From the IMG/VR virus record IMGVR_UViG_3300006001_000011, positions 1 to 64,000 of that record: a DNA stretch of 64,000 nucleotides. One strand, 5' to 3'. The notes beneath the pieces were generated by a model that was not told the DNA's origin, ran no database searches, and saw only the letters and a list, made by a program, of their open reading frames with translations. Of this stretch, positions 48,913 to 55,327 are shown one piece after another. The stretch is from a virus. Numbering within the stretch: the stretch's first letter is position 1; every line of letters begins with the position of its first letter. The position numbers and the translations under genes were made by a program.

Positions 48913-49116
48913 GGTGTTATCCGTTTTAATTGTTTACTTTAGTAATAGTTGTATTTTTTTGACTCTCTTTTTCCTCTTTTGTAAAAAAATATTTTTCTCA
49001 GTGTTTATAAGGGTTTACAGCAGTTTTTGAACTATTTCTTGACCGCAAATTTGTAAGTATCATTTTTTTCGTCTAACTTTACATAAAATTTCAGATAGTA
49101 CTTATTCCCGTAAGCA

Positions 49117-49180
49117 GGGGAACTTTAGCATTTGACGCCTCGCCGCAAGCGGCTCGTCTTACAAATGCTAAACCTCCCCC
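49117..49180. other. 64-nt extended imperfect stem-loop in a gene-free gap (candidate structured RNA or DNA element)
   Basis: The sequence is GGGGA-AC-TTTAGCATTTG-..GCCGC AA GCGGC..-CAAATGCTAAA-CC-TCCCC. The 11-bp and 5-bp perfect segments are nested. The strand of any transcript is unknown. Confidence 0.5.
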
Positions 49181-49431
49181 GCACCCCCTCCAAATCACAT
49201 TCAGCAGTTTACAGCCCAACAGAGGCTAACAGAGCCACATCGTAATTCCAACGGGAGGGGGGTTGCAGAGTCAGTACAGAGCCGGCACAGAGCCATCATA
49301 GAATAAAATAAAATCAATATCAGTCTCTTAGATTCCTCCTAATTGACTTTTATTTTTCTAAATAGTCCCTTTATTTCTCTTAACTATCCGTCTTTAGTAA
49401 AGGCATGTGGGCATGTTATGCCCTTTCCAGT

Positions 49432-49848
49432 CTACTTTATCATCATCAATAGCTGATTGTATCTTATTAGCTGACTGTTCCTGTTCGCTAAGTTGTATAC
49501 CGTACATCCCTCATCCAATAAAAAATTATCGGGATCACATACATATAAACAGTTCGGACTCCTTCTATATGTAACCGTTATAATGTTGTGCAATTGACAC
49601 ATTCTTAACACTTCTTCTTTGCAGTTTAATCCCGTAGCCTTATTCAATGTCTCGGCGTATCTGTTGTCTATTAAGGAGTGCATCGCCAGTTTCGCCGCCC
49701 AAATCTCATTCTTCCCGTTGCTATATACATTGTTAATGGATGTTTTTAAATCCCTTATCTCTGCCACTATTCGCAAATCCTCCGGCGTCATCATAGCCTT
49801 CTCCTCTGCCGTAAACTCTTCGTTAATGAATTTTGTCTTCTTTTTCAT
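49432..49848 (-). CDS. Hypothetical protein (isolated gene between two long non-coding gaps)
   Basis: 138 aa ORF, MKKKTKFINEEFTAEEKAMMTPEDLRIVAEIRDL... Confidence 0.6.
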   Translation of the reverse strand: MKKKTKFINEEFTAEEKAMMTPEDLRIVAEIRDLKTSINNVYSNGKNEIWAAKLAMHSLIDNRYAETLNKATGLNCKEEVLRMCQLHNIITVTYRRSPNCLYVCDPDNFLLDEGCTVYNLANRNSQLIRYNQLLMMIK

Positions 49849-50064
49849 GTCTGTGTTATTTATGGTTTTCTCTTGTTTTAATTGTACCCTCGCTATTTGT
49901 ATAATGTATCAAATTTTCACTGCTAGTTCGAGTATTTCGTTGTTCTTTTGGTGGTTTTCCTGACCAGTATTTCTCTAATTTCCCTGCTTTTTCTCTTGAT
50001 TTTCCTGCCCATTTAATTCTTATTTCGGAGACCGGTTAATTACGGCTAATCTGTGATGTTAAAA

Positions 50065-50095
50065 AATGGGAAAAAGACGTCTTCTCTTTCCCATT
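50065..50095. terminator. Hairpin AATGGGAAAAAGA-loop-TCTCTTTCCCATT flanked by an A-run and a T-run (bidirectional terminator candidate)
   Basis: Inverted repeat with one mismatch. AAAAAA lies upstream and TTTT lies downstream on the plus strand. Confidence 0.4.
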
Positions 50096-50340
50096 TTAGT
50101 TGTTTTCTCATGATAATGTGCGTAATAGAGACGCGATGAGCTTATCAATTAAAAACGTTCACACAAGGTCTTGCTGTCGGGAGACTATGTATAAGCAGTT
50201 AAACGACAAAAAACTAAAATGACAGACTTGCTTCTCAAACTTAACTAAAACCAATTAAAAAAGTATAAGATGGTGTGGCAAAAGTATTGAATTTGGCGAC
50301 TCGCTCCAAATTTTCTAGGTATTAATTATTCGTGGGAGAG

Positions 50341-50402
50341 GGTCGGGGGAGATTTGGTCACGGGGAGGCAAAGTTGGTCACGGGGAAGATTACGTTACCC
50401 GC
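50341..50402. promoter_or_regulatory. Repeat array A: GGTC(A)CGGGGA x3 plus GTTACCCGC x1 (iteron/operator-like)
   Basis: GGTCGGGGGA is at 50341. GGTCACGGGGA is at 50356 and 50376. GTTACCCGC is at 50394. The same words recur in array B at 51183-51303. Confidence 0.6.
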
Positions 50403-50465
50403 AGTTCCCGCTGTGGTCGAACTTGACTGTAGCGGAGGGGTATTGGCGGCGGGCTGTATTAAAAA

Positions 50466-50510
50466 AACGAAAACGAAAGGAGAGGCTGAAAGCCCCTCCT
50501 TTGTTTCGTT
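50466..50510 (-). terminator. Long hairpin terminator after cassette gene 1
   Basis: The hairpin is AACGAAAACGAAAGGAGAGGC-TGAA-AGCCCCTCCTTTGTTTCGTT. An A-run on the plus strand gives a U-run on the minus transcript. It lies 12 nt after the stop at 50522. Confidence 0.65.
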
Positions 50511-50521
50511 TTTGCGAGCCG

Positions 50522-50953
50522 CTAGAAGATAGAGGCGACGCTGTTGTCGGCAATTTCTTCGCCGGAATACACGATTTCATCGACGTTGTTAGTTTCGATT
50601 TCATCGACTGCATTTACGTTGTCGGTAAAGAGAGTTTGGACAAACACTTCACGACCATTGGTAAGCACAGGTTCGCCGGTAGTGGGGTTAATTTTGCACT
50701 TTTGCCCCTGAAAGAACGGCGTAAAGCGTTGTTTGACAATAATTTTGCCCTTGAGTTGTTGTCCGGCTTTCAAACCGAGACTTTCGAGCAGTTCGGTATT
50801 GCCGTTAATAAACGCTACGCGCCTGCTGACAAAGGAATTTCCGACTCCGAAGCCGACGGATTCGACGCGAATGGAGCTAATGTCCTTGTTCTTGGTCGGA
50901 TTCACGACTTTGCCGGTTTCCGGATGGACTGCGACTTTCACAAAATTTACCAT
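50522..50953 (-). CDS. Cassette gene 1: 143 aa protein with an acidic C-terminal tail ending in Phe (SSB-like tail; function unknown)
   Basis: The ORF is flanked by the promoter-like motif and a terminator. The C-terminus is DEIETNNVDEIVYSGEEIADNSVASIF. Confidence 0.65.
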   Translation of the reverse strand: MVNFVKVAVHPETGKVVNPTKNKDISSIRVESVGFGVGNSFVSRRVAFINGNTELLESLGLKAGQQLKGKIIVKQRFTPFFQGQKCKINPTTGEPVLTNGREVFVQTLFTDNVNAVDEIETNNVDEIVYSGEEIADNSVASIF

Positions 50954-51016
50954 AATTGATAATATTTAAGGTTATAAAAGAAACTAAATGCGAACACACA
51001 ATGCCCGCACCAAAAA

Positions 51017-51043
51017 CAAGTGAGGCTTATGCGTGGGAGAGCA
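51017..51043 (-). promoter_or_regulatory. Conserved cassette motif copy 1 (plus-strand reading CAAGTGAGGCTTATGCGTGGGAGAGCA)
   Basis: It is one of 7 copies of caagtaaagTTTATGCGtnnGAGAgca. It lies 74 nt upstream of the ATG at 50953 on the minus strand. Confidence 0.55.
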
Positions 51044-51182
51044 TCTTTTGCGTAAGAGAGCGGAGTATTTTAAGGAGTCGCCGCCTCCCGGGGAAAGCGG
51101 GAGCGGCAAAATTCAACGGCGAATTTGGCGACTATCTCCCCCTTTCCCGGGGGCCGGAGGTGTAGAGGCGGGGGGGGGCTGT

Positions 51183-51303
51183 GGTCACGGGGAGGCAAGC
51201 GTTACCCGCAGGGGGAGCAAACGTTACCCGCTGTCGTAGACCTTGACCCTGATGACTGTCAAACGTTACCCGCTGTGGTCACGGGGAAGAGAGGGTTACC
51301 CGC
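51183..51303. promoter_or_regulatory. Repeat array B: GGTCACGGGGA x2 and GTTACCCGC x4, followed by AAATACCC(G/T) x3 (to 51365)
   Basis: GGTCACGGGGA is at 51183 and 51277. GTTACCCGC is at 51201, 51223, 51265 and 51295. The 13-mer GAATTTGGCGACT at 51121 also occurs at 50289. Confidence 0.6.
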
Positions 51304-51383
51304 GAGATGCACTCCCTGAAAAATACCCGCAAAAGGATAAATACCCGCAAGGAAAAATACCCTGAAAGAAAAGAGGTAAAAAA

Positions 51384-51406
51384 GGGGAGAGAGCGAAGCT
51401 CTCCCC
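51384..51406 (-). terminator. Terminator with GCGAAGC core after cassette gene 2
   Basis: The hairpin is GGGGAGAGAGC-GAA-GCTCTCCCC, flanked by an A-run and a T-run. Confidence 0.7.
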
Positions 51407-51422
51407 TTTTTGTTTTGCTTGT

Positions 51423-51833
51423 TCACCAGTCTTTCCTGATGGTTTCCAAGTCGTTTTCAATCTCGAGCTTGGCTTTGCGCAACTTGTTAATCTGTGCGAG
51501 ATGCTCTTCATAGGTCATGTCGGCGGGACATTCGCGTTTGATGAGATATTCAATTTCGGCATTGACCTCAGCCAACTGTTGTTCTAAGGCGTCGATTTTA
51601 AGCCCCATATAGTCATCGGAGACAATCATATCCGCCAAATCTTGCGCAACGGCATTCCATTTACGCGCAAACTCATATTTCTCGACAGGACTGTCGACGG
51701 CTTCAAACTTGGCATACAATTCCAATTCTTCGGGAGTATAAGTCCCAAAAAATTGATAATGTTTGCCATTGAACATGTTGTTGTTGCCTTCAATTCCTTG
51801 AACCGAAGGCAACGTTTCGTTTGTATTTTTCAT
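51423..51833 (-). CDS. Cassette gene 2 (136 aa from the ATG at 51833); paralog of cassette gene 3
   Basis: The shared block is QFFGTYTPEELELYAKFEAVDSPVEKY...WNAVAQD...LKIDALEQQLAE. The track start at 51842 is a GTG. Confidence 0.65.
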   Translation of the reverse strand: MKNTNETLPSVQGIEGNNNMFNGKHYQFFGTYTPEELELYAKFEAVDSPVEKYEFARKWNAVAQDLADMIVSDDYMGLKIDALEQQLAEVNAEIEYLIKRECPADMTYEEHLAQINKLRKAKLEIENDLETIRKDW

Positions 51834-51844
51834 ATCAGGCACGA

Positions 51845-51868
51845 TATAGGCTTATGCGTTTGAGAGGA
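51845..51868 (-). promoter_or_regulatory. Conserved cassette motif copy 2 (ATATAGGCTTATGCGTTTGAGAGGA)
   Basis: The core TTATGCG..GAGAG is present. It lies only about 19 nt from the ATG at 51833. Confidence 0.45.
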
Positions 51869-51895
51869 TTAGTATAGATTAAAATAATGAAAAAA

Positions 51896-51919
51896 GGGGG
51901 AAAGGCGAAGCCCTCCCCC
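51896..51919 (-). terminator. Terminator with GCGAAGC core after cassette gene 3
   Basis: The hairpin is GGGGGAAAGGC-GAA-GCCCTCCCCC. AAAAA on the plus side gives the U-run. Confidence 0.65.
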
Positions 51920-51926
51920 AATAGTG

Positions 51927-52190
51927 TCAAATGCCGTACTCGTAGGTAATGACGGCACGCTCGCGTTCAAGCTCAGCAATTTGACACTCCAAAGCGTCAA
52001 TTTTGAGCTGGACGTAGTCCTTGAGCGCAATTTTGTCCCTGTCGTCGGTCGCGACAGCGTTCCAGTCAAATGCCGCGTCGAATTTGTCGACGGGATACTC
52101 GACAGACTCGAATTTGGCGTACAAGGCGAGTTGTTCGGGAGTATAAGTCCCAAAGAACTGACGGTTAGAGGTTGCAATTGCAGTTTTCAT
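51927..52190 (-). CDS. Cassette gene 3 (87 aa), paralog of gene 2
   Basis: It contains QFFGTYTPEQLALYAKFESVEYPVDKF...WNAVATD...LKIDALECQIAE. Confidence 0.65.
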   Translation of the reverse strand: MKTAIATSNRQFFGTYTPEQLALYAKFESVEYPVDKFDAAFDWNAVATDDRDKIALKDYVQLKIDALECQIAELERERAVITYEYGI

Positions 52191-52245
52191 AGTAGTAAAA
52201 ATTTAGAAGTTAAAACGTATGTCGGCAACACACCGACACCCTGTA

Positions 52246-52270
52246 CAAGATAAGTTTATGCGATAGAGCA
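52246..52270 (-). promoter_or_regulatory. Conserved cassette motif copy 3 (CAAGATAAGTTTATGCGATAGAGCA)
   Basis: It lies 66 nt upstream of the ATG at 52190 and 17 nt from the preceding terminator. Confidence 0.55.
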
Positions 52271-52287
52271 TGTTCCGAGATAAAAAA

Positions 52288-52311
52288 GGGAGAAAGGCGA
52301 AGCCTTTCCCC
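52288..52311 (-). terminator. Terminator with GCGAAGC core after cassette gene 4
   Basis: The hairpin is GGGAGAAAGGC-GAA-GCCTTTCCCC, preceded by AAAAAA on the plus strand. Confidence 0.7.
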
Positions 52312-52322
52312 TCTTCCCCAAT

Positions 52323-52619
52323 TCAATCCAGAGCAATCAATGTATCTCTGCCGTTGAACTCGACATGCAACAGAGAACGTCTGCCCTCAATCTCTTCAAC
52401 CATCTGTTCCATGGTGTCGCGACAATCAACCAACTTGTCAATCTCTCCGAGTCTGTTATACTCGTCGGGAGTGAGAAACAAAGAGACCGTCGTGCCGCCT
52501 ATGAGATGGGCAGACATGGACAAATCAGAAACCTCCGCCATACTTCTGACAGAGTCGGGAGCAGAAGCAGGAATGACTTCATACCCGATTTCAAAACCAT
52601 CGACAATTACACTTTTCAT
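52323..52619 (-). CDS. Cassette gene 4 (98 aa from the ATG at 52619)
   Basis: The track ORF extends 16 codons upstream into the leader. The ATG at 52619 sits in the same CATAGTAGTAAAA context as gene 3. Confidence 0.6.
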   Translation of the reverse strand: MKSVIVDGFEIGYEVIPASAPDSVRSMAEVSDLSMSAHLIGGTTVSLFLTPDEYNRLGEIDKLVDCRDTMEQMVEEIEGRRSLLHVEFNGRDTLIALD

Positions 52620-52676
52620 AGTAGTAAAATTTAAAAGATTATAACTTATTGCGGCAACACACCGCAACCAAATACA

Positions 52677-52699
52677 CGCAAGGGTTATGCGTAAGAGAA
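52677..52699 (-). promoter_or_regulatory. Conserved cassette motif copy 4 (CGCAAGGGTTATGCGTAAGAGAA)
   Basis: It lies 66 nt upstream of the ATG at 52619 and 18 nt from the preceding terminator. Confidence 0.55.
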
Positions 52700-52717
52700 T
52701 GTTCCGAGCAAAAAAAA

Positions 52718-52739
52718 GGGGAACAGCGAAGCTGTCCCC
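52718..52739 (-). terminator. Terminator with GCGAAGC core after cassette gene 5
   Basis: The hairpin is GGGGAACAGC-GAA-GCTGTCCCC, preceded by AAAAAAAA on the plus strand. Confidence 0.7.
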
Positions 52740-52758
52740 TTTTCCCTACTACGAAACG

Positions 52759-53202
52759 TCAATTGATGCCGGTGAAATAGCCAATGGTCTTGACAATGGC
52801 AATGATGCCAAATATAATGGCAAACATGAACGCCATATTCTTGCCAAATACAATCCATTGCTCGCCGTTATAGAGCCTTCTGGCTGTCGCCTCCGCAACG
52901 GTAATGCCCATAATGGACGCAGTCGCGGCATCAATAATCTCATGACGCTTCTGGTCATAATTGCGCTCAAGCTCGTCATATGCGCTCTGCTCCGCATGAT
53001 ATATATCATAGAGATACCGCTGTTTGCGATATTGCCTCCAGAGCTGGCGAAGCCTGATGCCCATGTCCAGTCTAGCCAAGAATACCCTCCTCGACTCGTC
53101 GAAGAAGGGAAGCATAGACTGGAACAAATTGCGTAATTGCTCAATCGCCGTTCCTAGAACAACGAGAACCCCATACGCGAGGAATGTGATGAAATGTAAC
53201 AT
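52759..53202 (-). CDS. Cassette gene 5: membrane protein (TM segments at both ends)
   Basis: The N-terminal segment is FITFLAYGVLVVLGTAI. The C-terminal segment is MAFMFAIIFGIIAIV. Confidence 0.65.
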   Translation of the reverse strand: MLHFITFLAYGVLVVLGTAIEQLRNLFQSMLPFFDESRRVFLARLDMGIRLRQLWRQYRKQRYLYDIYHAEQSAYDELERNYDQKRHEIIDAATASIMGITVAEATARRLYNGEQWIVFGKNMAFMFAIIFGIIAIVKTIGYFTGIN

Positions 53203-53243
53203 AATGAATTGGTTTTAGTTGATGGCAATAGCGCCACCATATA

Positions 53244-53270
53244 CAAGTAAAGTTTATGCGTCGGAGAGCA
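53244..53270 (-). promoter_or_regulatory. Conserved cassette motif copy 5 (CAAGTAAAGTTTATGCGTCGGAGAGCA)
   Basis: It lies 52 nt upstream of the ATG at 53202. Confidence 0.55.
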
Positions 53271-53290
53271 TGAGATGAAGAGATAAAAAA

Positions 53291-53311
53291 GAACAGCCTG
53301 AAAGGCTGTTC
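53291..53311 (-). terminator. Terminator after cassette gene 6 (GAACAGCC-TGAAA-GGCTGTTC)
   Basis: A perfect 8-bp stem is preceded by AAAAAA on the plus strand. Confidence 0.7.
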
Positions 53312-53321
53312 TCTTTAGTCG

Positions 53322-53606
53322 TCAGAATGGGAGGCACTGTTCGGCTTCGGCGCGTTGTTCTGCCTCATGCCGTATAGATTCTCTGCGAATATCCAAACGC
53401 ATTAACGCCTGTTCAATTCTGTCATACTCCTGTTCGTGTATGCTGAGTTCCCACTCGATTTCGTCGCGCTCGCACTCTAACGTGATGTTGTCCGTTTCGG
53501 AGTTGTCGATACGGTGTTGCACCTCGATGATGCGAGCTTTGATTGGTGTCATTTCGGCTTGCAATGCAACAAGCGCGAGCATGAGTTTTTCTCTGATGGT
53601 TTCCAT
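53322..53606 (-). CDS. Cassette gene 6 (94 aa, helical/coiled-coil-like)
   Basis: The ORF is bracketed by a motif copy and a terminator. Confidence 0.6.
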   Translation of the reverse strand: METIREKLMLALVALQAEMTPIKARIIEVQHRIDNSETDNITLECERDEIEWELSIHEQEYDRIEQALMRLDIRRESIRHEAEQRAEAEQCLPF

Positions 53607-53648
53607 AACTGTATTTGGTTTTAGTTGTTAATAATGTACTGCCTAGAA

Positions 53649-53675
53649 CAATAAAAGTTTATGCGTTTGAGTACC
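53649..53675 (-). promoter_or_regulatory. Conserved cassette motif copy 6 (CAATAAAAGTTTATGCGTTTGAGTACC)
   Basis: It lies 53 nt upstream of the ATG at 53606. Confidence 0.5.
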
Positions 53676-53695
53676 GCATTAAGAGATAAAAAATA

Positions 53696-53723
53696 GAGAG
53701 CATGGCGCGAAGCCATACCCTCT
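53696..53723 (-). terminator. Terminator with GCGAAGC core after cassette gene 7
   Basis: The hairpin is GAGAG-c-ATGGC-GCGAA-GCCAT-ac-CCTCT, preceded by AAAAAA on the plus strand. Confidence 0.6.
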
Positions 53724-53734
53724 GTTCTGTGCAA

Positions 53735-53953
53735 TCAATATGCGCATTGCTCGTTATACCATGCCTGCCATCTGAGGTTCTCCAACGCCTGCTCTGCATT
53801 GGGAGAGAACTTGATGCGAATGTATTCTTGGTAGGTCAAACCCAAATAGCGTGCCTCTGCCATACCTTCCATATGGTACTGAAAGCGAGACGCATGCGTT
53901 ACATGGCGGAGACCTAAGATTGTGATGAGGATGTTCTGGATGAACTTTTTCAT
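53735..53953 (-). CDS. Cassette gene 7 (72 aa)
   Basis: It is the first gene of the minus-strand block. Its leader (CATAATTGATAATA...) is similar to that of cassette gene 1. Confidence 0.6.
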   Translation of the reverse strand: MKKFIQNILITILGLRHVTHASRFQYHMEGMAEARYLGLTYQEYIRIKFSPNAEQALENLRWQAWYNEQCAY

Positions 53954-54084
53954 AATTGATAATAATTAAATTGTTAATGATACCGTGCCCCTCGCCTGAT
54001 GTACACTTGCAACATTCAACATGTGTTACACATTGAACATCACAACACTACAAACAAGAGAGAGAACCAACACAGTACCAAAAA

Positions 54085-54110
54085 CAAGTAAAGTTTATGC
54101 GTGAGAGAAC
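54085..54110 (-). promoter_or_regulatory. Conserved cassette motif copy 7 (CAAGTAAAGTTTATGCGTGAGAGAAC)
   Basis: It lies 142 nt upstream of the ATG at 53953. The flank ACCAAAAACAAGT is identical to copy 1. Confidence 0.55.
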
Positions 54111-54292
54111 GAGGACTGAGCATGAGAGACCTTCGCCCTTCGTAGAATTTATTCTCGCGGCGGGAAATCGAAGATTTCCTTGACGCCGCGGGGGGATTTC
54201 CCATTTGGGAATCGGGGCGGGGCTTCGTTGAGGAGGTCTCACGCTCTCACTAAACACACAACTCAAAAAATTTTTTCATAAAGAAATTTTAT

Positions 54293-54300
54293 TAACTTTG
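54293..54300 (+). promoter_or_regulatory. Candidate Bacteroidota-type -7 promoter element TAACTTTG (TAnnTTTG) for the plus-strand late block
   Basis: It matches the TAnnTTTG consensus and lies 13 nt before the ATG at 54314. I found no clear -33 TTTG, so support is weak. Confidence 0.3.
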
Positions 54301-54313
54301 ACCTCATAAAAAT

Positions 54314-54673
54314 ATGAAGCCCATTCAACAAATACTGAAACTTTCCACGAAAGAATACTACATGAAACATCTGTCGATAGTCAGTTGCTTACTGCCTACG
54401 CATCTGACGGATAAAGAGATAGAGGTGCTGTCCTTGTTTTTGTATTATAGCGGGGAATTGACGATGAACGACATGTTCAATTCCTTGAGCAGGAAAAGGG
54501 TCAGAGAAATATTAAACATATCGCAGGGGGGATTGGGGAACTACTTGAAATCGATGTTGGATAAGAAAGTGCTGACGCGGAACATATATAATAAATTAGA
54601 GATAAGGCCATACTTGTTGCCTAATTCAGAGAGTCAGGGTTACCAGATAATGATTAAAAGGATAAAAGGATGA
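54314..54673 (+). CDS. Small winged-HTH-like DNA-binding protein candidate
   Basis: It contains LTDKEIEVLSLFLYY...ILNISQGGLGNYLKSMLDKKVLTR. This is an HTH-like pattern only. Confidence 0.5.
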   Translation: MKPIQQILKLSTKEYYMKHLSIVSCLLPTHLTDKEIEVLSLFLYYSGELTMNDMFNSLSRKRVREILNISQGGLGNYLKSMLDKKVLTRNIYNKLEIRPYLLPNSESQGYQIMIKRIKG

Positions 54674-55005
54674 GACTGTCGCCTGCGGAATTAATAAAAG
54701 AATTTGTTACTTTGCGGAAAGAGGAGTATCCGGGATGTGATTTCAGACAGATGAGAGAGGCGATTAAGTTTCAGTGGAGGTTTTTGAAACACACGATGGC
54801 GCAAGAAGAGTTAGAGTCGGTGAGACTTAAAGGTTTCGGGTTATTTGAGACATACAGAGGGACGTTGGAGAAATACATAAGGATGACCGAGAAGAACAAG
54901 ACATTAAGCGAAAAAGACAAGGCGAATATACTAAGGATACTAAAGACGAGACGATATGGAAAAGATGACATTGGGAAGGGTTTGGCGGGAGATGAGAAGA
55001 GGTAA
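54670..55005 (+). CDS. Hypothetical protein
   Basis: 111 aa, with an ATGA overlap with the upstream gene. Confidence 0.55.
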   Translation: MRLSPAELIKEFVTLRKEEYPGCDFRQMREAIKFQWRFLKHTMAQEELESVRLKGFGLFETYRGTLEKYIRMTEKNKTLSEKDKANILRILKTRRYGKDDIGKGLAGDEKR

Positions 55006-55327
55006 ATTTCCTTCTGTGAAAGATGTATGGGCTTATGCGACGGGGCATTACAGAAAGACGTTGTTTTACTCTCCTTTTGACAGGCTGATAAGGTCTCACA
55101 TAAGAGACCAGATACAACACAGATTATTTACGATGGACAGACAATGCAGAGAGCAGGGGTACTGCAAACTTTGCGGATGCGACGTTCCCGCGATGCAATT
55201 TTCGAGCAAATCTTGCGACAAGCCGTGCTATCCTCCGCTGATGGGGAAGAAGAAATGGCGGGACTACGTGAGCAAGATGTACGACAGTTCCAAGAAACAT
55301 GACTTGTCAAAATTTTACATTACATGA
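54956..55327 (+). CDS. Cys-rich hypothetical protein
   Basis: It contains CKLCGCDVPAMQFSSKSCDKPCYPP. The start is uncertain; alternative ATGs are at 54965 and 54992. Confidence 0.5.
   Translation: MEKMTLGRVWREMRRGKFPSVKDVWAYATGHYRKTLFYSPFDRLIRSHIRDQIQHRLFTMDRQCREQGYCKLCGCDVPAMQFSSKSCDKPCYPPLMGKKKWRDYVSKMYDSSKKHDLSKFYIT

Noticed and set aside
48913-50521. Possible tRNA or tmRNA genes in the two long gene-free gaps.
   Set aside because: I found no GTTCRANYC T-loop box or cloverleaf. The 49117-49180 element is a single long hairpin. This cannot be excluded without tRNAscan-SE, ARAGORN or Infernal.
50332-51319. Plus-strand ORFs 50332..50532, 50354..50959, 51033..51239 and 51125..51319 in the repeat-array region.
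   Set aside because: They are G/R-rich translations of the GGTCACGGGGA/GTTACCCGC arrays or antisense to cassette gene 1. The minus-strand gene with its promoter-like motif and terminator explains the locus better.
50950-54110. Regularly spaced repeats that might suggest a CRISPR array.
   Set aside because: The repeat units are imperfect and about 25 nt long. They are spaced 400-830 nt apart, with protein-coding genes and terminators in between. No cas genes are present. The architecture is promoter-gene-terminator, not repeat-spacer.
54048-54266. 72-aa minus-strand ORF in the divergent intergenic region.
   Set aside because: It lies entirely within the GC-rich nested inverted repeats and motif copy 7. 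It has a P/R/S-rich composition and no start context like the other genes. It is most likely non-coding.
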